Shown here piece by piece: positions 38,900-45,959 of a stretch of DNA of 64,000 nt. The translations under genes were made by a program, and so were the position numbers. Position 1 is the first letter of the stretch, and every line of letters starts with the position of its first letter. The DNA is taken from positions 277,237-341,236 of the forward strand of contig JAHCID010000001.1 of NCBI GenBank assembly GCA_026129405.1. The letters are read 5' to 3'. The notes beneath the pieces are model-generated. The model saw nothing but the letters and a program-made list of their open reading frames with translations. It did no database searches and had not been told where the DNA came from. Source of the stretch: a bacterium (lineage in GTDB: Bacteria > Desulfobacterota > Binatia > DP-6).

Positions 38900-39820
38900 T
38901 CAGCGCGCCGGCAGGGGGATGCGCTCGGTCTCGCCCGGCACGGCGGGGAAGCGTCCCGCCTCCCAGTCGGCAGCCGCGGCGTCGAGGCGCTCGCGCGAGC
39001 TCGACACGAAGTTCCACCACACGTGGCGCGGACCGTCCATCGGCGCGCCGCCGAGGCAGAGCACGCGCGCGGCCGTGTCGGCAGGCGCGGCGATCACGAT
39101 CGTGTCGCCCGGCCGGAAGACCAGCATGCGCCCGGCGGGCGCGTCGTCGCCGGCGATGACGACGCGGCCCTCGGCGACGTACAGCGCGCGCTCCGCGTGC
39201 TCGGACGGCAGGGCGAAGCGCCCGCCCGGGCGGAGCTGGACGTCGACGTAGAGCGTCTCCCATCGCACCGGTACCGGCGAGCGCGCCCCGGCGAAGGTGC
39301 CGGCGATCACGCGCACCCTCGCGCCGGCGTCGTCGAGGACCGGCAACGCTTCGGCCGCATGGTGGCTGAAGGCCGGAGCCGTCTCCTCGTGCTCGCGCGG
39401 CAGCGCCACCCAGGCCTGGATGCCCGAGAGCGCCGGCCCCGCGGCCCGCGCTGCGGGCGGCGTGCGCTCGGAGTGCACGATGCCGCGGCCGGCGGTCATC
39501 CAGTTCACCGCGCCGGGCCGGATCGGCTGCACCGTGCCGAGGCTGTCGCGGTGCAGTATCTCGCCCTCGAAGAGGTACGTGACCGTGGCGAGCCCGATGT
39601 GCGGGTGCGGGCGCACGTCGATGCCCCGCCCCGGCGCGAAGCGCGCCGGCCCCATCTGGTCCCAGAAGATGAACGGGCCGACCATGTGGCGCTGCGGTGC
39701 GGGCAGCGCACGCCGTACCGAGAAACCGCCGAGGTCGCGCTCGCGCGGCGCGAGGACCAGCTCGAGGGCGGGGCAGCCGCGCGGCTCGACGTCGGGCGGC
39801 TCTGCAGGTTGCCAGCTCAT
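38900..39820 (-). CDS. Pirin-family protein
   Basis: ..PF.F.D.......G..V.PHPH.G..TVTY...GE..H.DS.G..Q.I.PG.V.WMTAG.GI.HSE. ATG at 39820. Confidence 0.85.
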   Translation of the reverse strand: MSWQPAEPPDVEPRGCPALELVLAPRERDLGGFSVRRALPAPQRHMVGPFIFWDQMGPARFAPGRGIDVRPHPHIGLATVTYLFEGEILHRDSLGTVQPIRPGAVNWMTAGRGIVHSERTPPAARAAGPALSGIQAWVALPREHEETAPAFSHHAAEALPVLDDAGARVRVIAGTFAGARSPVPVRWETLYVDVQLRPGGRFALPSEHAERALYVAEGRVVIAGDDAPAGRMLVFRPGDTIVIAAPADTAARVLCLGGAPMDGPRHVWWNFVSSSRERLDAAAADWEAGRFPAVPGETERIPLPAR

Positions 39821-39878
39821 GTCTTCGTGTTTCGTGTCGCGGGACGCGAGGCAAGCCGCCGTTGATCCGCGCGCCACG

Positions 39879-40667
39879 ATGACCGAGGCTCGCGCCATGA
39901 GCACCGACGATCTGCCCGAGCACGTGCGCCGCAACCGCGAGGCCTGGGACGAGTGGGCCGCGCAGTACGTCCAGCCCGGCGAGCACAACTGGGCGACGAA
40001 CGAGCCGACGTGGGGCATCTGGGGCGTGCCCGAAGCCGACCTCCGCATGCTCGACGACGTCGCCGGCCGCGACGTGATCGAGCTCGGCTGCGGCACCGCC
40101 TACGTGTCCGCGTGGCTGGCGCGGCGCGGGGCGCGACCGGTCGGCATCGACAACTCCACCGCCCAGCTCGCGGCGGCGCGCCGGCTCCAGGCGGAGCACG
40201 GACTCGACTTTCCGCTGCTGCACGGCAACGCCGAGGCGGTGCCCTACCCCGACGCCAGCTTCGACCTCGCGATCTCCGAGTACGGTGCCTGCCTGTGGGC
40301 CGACCCCTACCGCTGGGTCCCGGAGGCGGCGCGGCTCCTGCGCCCGGGCGGCCGGCTCGTCTTCCTGACCAACGGCATCCTGCTCACGCTCTGCCTGCCC
40401 GACGCGGCCGACGGCACGGTCGACACGCAGCTGCTGCGGCCGGGCTTCGGCATGCACCGCGTGCAGTGGACGGGCGATCCGGGCGTCGAGTTCCACCTGC
40501 TCCACGGCGACTGGGTCCGGCTGCTGCGCGGGAGCGGCTTCGTCGTCGACGATCTCATCGAGGTGCGGCCGCCCGCGACGGCGACGACGCGCTACGCCTT
40601 CGCCGACCTCGACTGGGCGCGGCGCTGGCCGAGCGAAGAGGTGTGGAAGGCCACCAAGCGCGGCTGA
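39879..40667 (+). CDS. Class I SAM-dependent methyltransferase
   Basis: Motif I VIELGCGTAYVSAWLARRGARPVGID, and post-I ..LLRPGGRLVF. ATG at 39879 (alternative 39897). Confidence 0.8.
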   Translation: MTEARAMSTDDLPEHVRRNREAWDEWAAQYVQPGEHNWATNEPTWGIWGVPEADLRMLDDVAGRDVIELGCGTAYVSAWLARRGARPVGIDNSTAQLAAARRLQAEHGLDFPLLHGNAEAVPYPDASFDLAISEYGACLWADPYRWVPEAARLLRPGGRLVFLTNGILLTLCLPDAADGTVDTQLLRPGFGMHRVQWTGDPGVEFHLLHGDWVRLLRGSGFVVDDLIEVRPPATATTRYAFADLDWARRWPSEEVWKATKRG

Positions 40668-40743
40668 CGAAGCGCGCCCGGTCCGGAGCGCGGCCTCCCG
40701 GGACGAGGGCGGCGGCGACGCCGCACCCGTCCCGGAGGCTTGC

Positions 40744-41428
40744 TCAGGGGTGCGTGCACTGGAGCCGGATGTCCTTGTCGGTCTTGCCGCGGCCGGCGCA
40801 GAAGCAGCCGTCGAGCACCGCCCACCGTCCGAAGGTCATCTGCGCGTTCGGGGCTACGACCGCGGCTTCGAGGATCGCCCCTGGCTGAGCCGCACCTTGC
40901 GGCCGCCGACGTTCAGCCGCAGCGGTCCGCCTGTGGTCGCGAAAGACGCGGGCGCCGCTCCTCGGCGCGCGCTTTGATGTCGCTCGGCGAGGTGATCGTG
41001 AAGCCGTCGGTGAAGAACCAGATCGCCGCCTGCACGGCCGCCGCCTCCTTCGCGACCGCCAGGACCGGCGCCGCGTTCGGATAGGCGTTGCTGACCATCA
41101 GGCGACCTCGCAGGGGTAGTCGAAGGGGACCTGCGGCACGATGTCGCCCGTGCCGATCGGGTTGTGGATGTCGACGCAGTACGCCGGGTTGTCGGGCCCG
41201 CCGAAGGGAGGGCCGATCTCGATGAGAAACGTGCCGGCGAAGCCGACGTTCTCGACCGTCATACCGACCGATGGTGCCGCTGATCGCCGTGCCCTGGCTG
41301 AGGCCGACCATCTTGGCGTCGGCCCCGAGCGCCGCCCCGGCCGAGAGCAGTCCGCCCAGCACCAGCAATGACAGCGCCCTCGCACACATCCGCCCGCGGA
41401 GCATGGAGCCCCCAATGCCGTATGCCAC
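40744..41428 (-). pseudogene. Decayed gene for a secreted thioester-domain-like (TQXA/TED-like) surface protein, with at least 4 frameshifts
   Basis: Protein-like pieces lie in three frames: signal peptide MLRGRMCARALSLLVLGGLLSAGAALG..GTAISGTIG | MTVENVGFAGTFLIEIGPPFGGPDNPAYCVDIHNPIG..DYPCEVA* | MVSNAYPNAAPVLAVAKEAAAVQAAIWFFTDGFTITSPSDIKARAEE | ..FATTGGPLRLNVGGRKVRLSQG | AILEAAVVAPNAQMTFGRWAVLDGCFCAGRGKTDKDIRLQCTHP*. Confidence 0.55.
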
Positions 41429-41430
41429 GA

Positions 41431-41463
41431 GTTAGGGATATCACTAGTTAGCAAGAGCTAACT
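41431..41463. promoter_or_regulatory. Cluster of GTTAG half-sites and palindromes in a locally AT-richer divergent promoter region
   Basis: GTTAGG (41431-41436). Near-palindrome TAGGGATATCACTA (41433-41446, 12/14). Perfect 7-4-7 palindrome AGTTAGC-AAGA-GCTAACT (41446-41463). Confidence 0.35.
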
Positions 41464-41644
41464 TGCTTTTTCCGCCCTCCTGTCAAGCGGTTTCTGCATG
41501 AACGCACCGCCGGCGCCCCGCAGGCCCCGGGAACCCGGCGCGCTCCGCCCGCCGGCGCTCCGGCTCGGGATGCCAGCGCCACGCCCGCACCCGCCGCGCC
41601 GACCCTTGCACCGTGCCGCTCCGGCGTGGAAAGCGCGGGGGGCC

Positions 41645-43063
41645 ATGGCTTCGAAGACCATCTGCGATACCGCCGCCACCGCCGTCGCCGACGTTCCCGA
41701 CGGCGCCACTCTGCTGGTCCACAGCTTCGGCCCGCCGCAGGCATGGCCCACCGACTGCCTGCTGGCCCTCGCCGAGCGCGGCGTGAAGGACCTGACGGTC
41801 GTCTGCAACACCCCGGCCGGGGGCCCGACGTCGCTCAACGTCCTCGCGGACAAGAAGCAGGTCCGCAAGCTGATCTGCAGCTTCGTCGCCAATCCGAGCT
41901 TCACGACCCCCATCGGCGACCAGGTGCAGGCGGGCGAGATCGAGCTCGAGATGGTGCCCCAGGGCACGCTCATCGAGCGCGTCCGCGCCGGCGGCGCCGG
42001 GCTCGCCGGCTTCTTCACGCCCACCGGCGTCGGCACGAAGGCGGCCGAGGGCAAGGAGGTGCGCGAGTTCGACGGCCGCCCGCACGTCTTCGAGCGCGCC
42101 ATCCGCGGCGACTACGCGCTGCTCCAGGCACACCAGGCCGACCACGCCGGCAACCTCGTCTACCGCCGCGGCATGCGGAACTTCGGCCCCGCCTTCGCCA
42201 TGGCGGCGCGCACGACCATCGCCGAGGTGAAGGAGATCGTGCCGACGGGGGCCCTCGACCCCGAGGCCGTGGTCACGCCCGGCATCTTCGTCGACCGCAT
42301 CGTGCAGACGACGCAGGCGTTCGACCCGGCCGTCCTGCGCCAGATCCTCATGATGGTCGGCCGCACCACGGACGCCGGCGGCCGCGCCATCCGCGAGGGC
42401 GGCCCGAGCGGCCTACCGCCGGACCTCGTCGCCATGAAGGTCGCCGCGCTCCTGCGCGACGGCGAGTACGTGAACCTCGGCATCGGCCTGCCGACGATGG
42501 TCTCGAACTTCATCGAGGGCCGCGGCGTCACCCTGCACGCCGAGAACGGCATGCTCGGCTACGGCCCCTTCCCGCCCGAGGGCGAGGAGGACATCGACCT
42601 CTACAACGCCAGCGGCCAGCTGGTGTCGGCGCTCGAGGGGTCGGCGTACTTCGACTCGACGGTCTCGTTCGCGATGGCGCGCACCGGCCGCGTCTCCACC
42701 GTCGTCCTCGGCGCCTTCCAGGTGGCGCAGAACGGCGACCTCGCGAACTGGAGCATCCCCGGCCAGGTCGGCGGCGGCATCGGCGGCGCGATGGACCTGG
42801 CCGCCGGCGGCGCGCGCGTCATCGCCGTCTGCTGGCAGCTCGAGCGCGGCGGCCGCTCGAAGCTGGTCGAGAAGCTGACCTACCCGCCGACCGCGCTCGG
42901 TTGCGTCACCAGCGTGGTCACCGACCTCGCCTGGATCGACGTCGACCAGGACGGCTTCCTCCTGCGCGAGCTGGCCCCCGGCCTGACGGTCGACGACATC
43001 CGCGCCGCGACGGGCGCACCGCTGCGGGTCGCGTCGGACGTCGGCGAGATGACGTTCGGCTGA
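41645..43063 (+). CDS. Fused A+B subunit 3-oxoacid CoA-transferase family protein
   Basis: N-half ..VPDGATLLV..FG..,..E.E.VPQGTL.ER.RAGGAG...F.TPTGVGT... C-half ..NLGIGLPT.V.N......V.LHAENGMLG.GP (catalytic-Glu context). ATG at 41645. Confidence 0.85.
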   Translation: MASKTICDTAATAVADVPDGATLLVHSFGPPQAWPTDCLLALAERGVKDLTVVCNTPAGGPTSLNVLADKKQVRKLICSFVANPSFTTPIGDQVQAGEIELEMVPQGTLIERVRAGGAGLAGFFTPTGVGTKAAEGKEVREFDGRPHVFERAIRGDYALLQAHQADHAGNLVYRRGMRNFGPAFAMAARTTIAEVKEIVPTGALDPEAVVTPGIFVDRIVQTTQAFDPAVLRQILMMVGRTTDAGGRAIREGGPSGLPPDLVAMKVAALLRDGEYVNLGIGLPTMVSNFIEGRGVTLHAENGMLGYGPFPPEGEEDIDLYNASGQLVSALEGSAYFDSTVSFAMARTGRVSTVVLGAFQVAQNGDLANWSIPGQVGGGIGGAMDLAAGGARVIAVCWQLERGGRSKLVEKLTYPPTALGCVTSVVTDLAWIDVDQDGFLLRELAPGLTVDDIRAATGAPLRVASDVGEMTFG

Positions 43064-43069
43064 GCGCCC

Positions 43070-43543
43070 CTACGCGTCGTCGAGCGGATTGGTGCGGGAC
43101 GCCTGCTGCCCGAGCTGCTCCGCGAGCCCGATGAGGATTCCTTCCGGCCCGCGGACGTAGCAGAGCCGGTAGGAGTCCTCGTACTGAACGACCCTACCCA
43201 CGACCTCGGCGCCGCGCTTCCCGAGCCGCGCGAGCGTCTCGTCGAGGTCGTCGACGGCGAACATGACGCGGAGATACCCGAGTGAGTTCACCGGCGCGCG
43301 GCGATGATCCGCGATCACCGCCGGCGCGAGAAACCGCGACAGCTCGAGCCGGCCGTGACCGTCCGGCGTACGCATCATGGCGATCTCGACGCGCATGTCG
43401 CGCAACCCGGTGACGCCGTCGGCCCATTCCCCCTGGATCGGGGCCTTCCCCTCGAGCTCGAGACCCAGCTCGGTGAAGAACGCGACGGCGGCGTCGAGGT
43501 CTTCGACGACGATGCCGACGTTGTCGAGACGTTTGACGGTCAT
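43070..43543 (-). CDS. VOC-family (glyoxalase/bleomycin-resistance/dioxygenase) protein
   Basis: RBS AAGGAG then ATG at 43543. ..LDNVGIVVEDLDAAVAFFTELGLEL.G..,..GYLRVMFAVDDLDETLARL...GAE.V. Confidence 0.85.
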   Translation of the reverse strand: MTVKRLDNVGIVVEDLDAAVAFFTELGLELEGKAPIQGEWADGVTGLRDMRVEIAMMRTPDGHGRLELSRFLAPAVIADHRRAPVNSLGYLRVMFAVDDLDETLARLGKRGAEVVGRVVQYEDSYRLCYVRGPEGILIGLAEQLGQQASRTNPLDDA

Positions 43544-43656
43544 GGTGGCTCCTTTGGCGGCGAAGACCAGTGCGACTGTCGTCATGTGTCAGAGCGAGAA
43601 CGGCACCACGTGACGACGTGCCGAGTCACCGGCGCGCTCGGCGACGCGCCACGGCC

Positions 43657-43920
43657 TTACCGACCTTCGCGCGCGCCGGCTGCATCCGCTTCTTCGCGCT
43701 CGGGCCTCGGCTCTCTAGCCACCTTGAAGTAATCATTCCACGCTCTCACGGAGTGGCCTTGGTGCTTCGCGACGATGCCTGCGAGTCGAGATAGCTCATG
43801 GCGGGAGCGACCGCGACTTGCCGCCAGCCGAATCGGTCGAAGCCAGAACTCGGCGATTCCCCCGCGGCCTTCGACATGCACATGGGCCGGTTCGGGCCGG
43901 TCGCTCCTCGCCCACCGCGG
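43657..43920 (-). pseudogene. DUF4160-like gene lacking its 5' end and start codon
   Basis: ..RWARSDRPEPAHVHVEGRGGIAEFWLRPIRLAASRGRSRHELSRLAGIVAKHQGHSVRAWNDYF.. fits the DUF4160 pattern (..EP.HVHV....eakfWL.P......G....el..i..iv......aW...F). There is no in-frame ATG/GTG/TTG before the HVHV core, and the frame runs into the stop of the upstream remnant. Confidence 0.5.
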
Positions 43921-43922
43921 CG

Positions 43923-44283
43923 CTACGCCGGGGCCGGCGGCGTGGGCAGCAGCGCCCAGACGATGTGCGCATAGTCGGGCCGCCGCCCGTCCCACTGCGA
44001 GGACCCCGTCATCGCATCGATCGCGACGCCGGCATTCCCCGTCCGCAGCGCGGCGACGGCCTCCGCGCCGCCGCCGTCCCGCTGGTCGCACGCCGGCACC
44101 GGCGTGCCGTCCCGCCGCAGGAACTGCAGCGTCCCCGCCTCGCCCGCCACGACCCGCATCCCGTACTCGTGCACGAAGGTGTGCGGCGTCGAAGTCGCCG
44201 ATCAGGACGAGGAGGCGATGGGTGGCGGCGTCGAGGTGGGCGGCGATCTCGTCGCCGAGGCGCTCCTTGTCGGCGTAGGTCAT
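43923..44283 (-). pseudogene. Internally deleted, frameshifted remnant of a DUF222/HNH-endonuclease gene
   Basis: The N-terminal 34 aa MTYADKERLGDEIAAHLDAATHRLLVLIGDFDAA (DUF222 start) join directly, in another frame, to a C-terminal piece ..HTFVHEYGMRVVAGEAGTLQFLRRDGTPVP..GVAIDAMTGSSQWDGRRPDYAHIVWALLP. The central part, including the HNH motif, is absent. The 361 nt span is not a multiple of 3. Confidence 0.55.
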
Positions 44284-44608
44284 GCACGAGGCATAGCATG
44301 GGGTTCCGGACGCCGTCCGATGGCGCGAGCGGGACGCGGGCGCCGAATGGGTTCGCGCCAGCGGCGCTGCGCGAGCGCGCGCGCAAGCGTCGTGCTGCGT
44401 GCGCGGGAAGAGGCGTCTGGTGTGAGGACGGGCGAAGAAGCAGGCGCCCCGCGAAAAGCTGTCTACCCCTTCGTGCGGAACAGGCTCGGCCGCCGGCGCG
44501 GCGGGCGGCCGAGCACGCGGCACGCCGCGCGCGCCGCGGGGCCATCGACCTCGGGCGTCCGCACGAGGGGAGCCGACGCCGTAGTCCCGAGCCTTCCGAC
44601 GCGGCCCT

Positions 44609-45469
44609 CTAGCTCAGGTGACCCATGCGGCCGCTCTGGTAGTCGAGCATCGCCTGCTTGATCTCGCCGGCGTAGTTCATGACGAAAGGCCCCTGCCCGA
44701 CGAGGGGCTCACGGATCGGCTCGCCGGCGAGCAGCAGCGCGGTCGCGCCCTCGGCCGCGGCGAGCCGGAGACCCTCGCCGGCGCGGTCGTAGACGCCGAC
44801 CTCGGCCGCGCCGAGGGTCGTGCCGTCGTCGATACGCACCGTGCCGCGCAGCACGACGAGCAGGGTCGTGTGACCGTCGGGCACCGGCAGGTCGATCGGG
44901 CCGGCGCCGTCGAGGCGCAGGTCCCACACGTCGATCGGCGTGAAGGTGCGCGCCGGCCCGGTCGCGTCGCCGAGGCGGCCCGCGATGACGCGCGCGTGGC
45001 CGCCGGGGAACGCCACCGTCGGGATGCGGTCGCTGGTGATGCCCTGGTACCCCGGCGGCGCCTTCTTGTCCTTCTGCGGCAGGTTCACCCAGAGCTGCAC
45101 CATCTCGAACGCGCCCCCGGTCTGCGCGAAGCGCCGGCCGTGGAACTCCTCGTGCACGAGGCCCGAGGCCGCGGTCATCCACTGCACGTCGCCCGGCCCG
45201 ATGCGGCCGCCGCCGCCCGACGAGTCGCGGTGCTCGACCTCCCCAGCGTAGACGATGGTCACCGTCTCGAAGCCGCGGTGCGGGTGCTCGCCGACGCCGC
45301 GACGCGCGGTGGTCGGCGCGAACTCGGCGGGCCCGGCGTAATCGAGGAGCAGGAACGGGCTGATCGTCGCCGCCTGGCCCGGGTAGGCGAGCAGCGTGCG
45401 GACCGGGAAGCCGTCGCCGACCCAGTGGCGGTCGATCGTGCGCAGGACGTCGTGGAGCCGCTTCCGCAT
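44609..45469 (-). CDS. Pirin-family protein (YhhW/quercetinase-like), second copy
   Basis: ..GDGFPVR......SPFLLLDY.GP........G.G.HPHRGFETVTIVY.GE.EHRDS.G..G.I.PGDVQWMTA.SG..H.E. Confidence 0.9.
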   Translation of the reverse strand: MRKRLHDVLRTIDRHWVGDGFPVRTLLAYPGQAATISPFLLLDYAGPAEFAPTTARRGVGEHPHRGFETVTIVYAGEVEHRDSSGGGGRIGPGDVQWMTAASGLVHEEFHGRRFAQTGGAFEMVQLWVNLPQKDKKAPPGYQGITSDRIPTVAFPGGHARVIAGRLGDATGPARTFTPIDVWDLRLDGAGPIDLPVPDGHTTLLVVLRGTVRIDDGTTLGAAEVGVYDRAGEGLRLAAAEGATALLLAGEPIREPLVGQGPFVMNYAGEIKQAMLDYQSGRMGHLS

Positions 45470-45545
45470 GGCTCCGTGCTAACGCCGCGGGCGGGCCGGG
45501 GGAAGCCGGGACGCCCCCTACCGCCGCGCCCGCCCCGCTGGCAGC

Positions 45546-45956
45546 ATGCCGCGCACGATGGAGCGACGCCGAGCGCCGGTGCCGCCGCGGCGCACGCGCG
45601 ACGTGCCGCCCCGGTTCTACCGTCTGGTATGGCGCCTCGTGCGCCGCATCCCGCGCGGCAAGGTGGCGACGTACGGCCAGATCGCCGCCATCCTCGGTCA
45701 GCCGCGCGGCGCCCGCGCCGTCGGCATGGCGCTGGGAGCGCTGCGGCCCGGCATGGCCGACGACGTGCCCTGGCAGCGGGTCATCAACGCCGCCGGCCGG
45801 TGCAGCCACCGCGACGGCTTCATGGCCGGCGTGCAGCAGGACCTGCTGGAGCGCGAGGGCGTCGTCTTCGACGCGCGCGGTCACGTCGACCTGAAACGCG
45901 TGCGCTGGGCGGGGCCGAAGCGAGAGTGGGTGACGAAGCTGCGCCGCGAGCTGTGA
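45546..45956 (+). CDS. MGMT-family DNA-binding protein without the catalytic Cys (alkyltransferase-like, ATL)
   Basis: ..IPRGKVATYGQIAAILG.PRGARAVG.AL......VPWQRVINA.G.. carries PWQRV where active methyltransferases have PCHRV. Confidence 0.8.
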   Translation: MPRTMERRRAPVPPRRTRDVPPRFYRLVWRLVRRIPRGKVATYGQIAAILGQPRGARAVGMALGALRPGMADDVPWQRVINAAGRCSHRDGFMAGVQQDLLEREGVVFDARGHVDLKRVRWAGPKREWVTKLRREL

Positions 45957-45959
45957 GCG

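Noticed and set aside
35110-39159. A 1349-aa plus-strand ORF and the overlapping 829-aa minus-strand ORF (34757-37246)
   Set aside because: The translations are low-complexity (R, A, G, P, D runs) with no motifs. They overlap, in other frames or strands, genes with clear family signatures (the Cys-rich protein, HAD, SBP, pirin).
39824-39837. Tandem direct repeat TTCGTGT-TTCGTGT next to the pirin-1 start
   Set aside because: It is too short to be statistically meaningful, and there is no second copy or palindromic partner. It could be a regulator site, but I cannot support that.
40693-40739. Imperfect hairpin GCCTCC(C)GGGACG ... CGTCCCGGAGGC between the methyltransferase and the decayed gene
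   Set aside because: It has a 12-bp stem with a bulge and a 22-nt loop. It is a plausible bidirectional terminator but weaker than the others, so I did not list it as a feature.
44284-44608. A 325-bp stretch with no assigned feature between the HNH remnant and pirin-2
   Set aside because: All six frames give Arg/Ala/Pro-rich nonsense. I found no hairpins or repeats. It is probably further decayed DNA and cannot be annotated.
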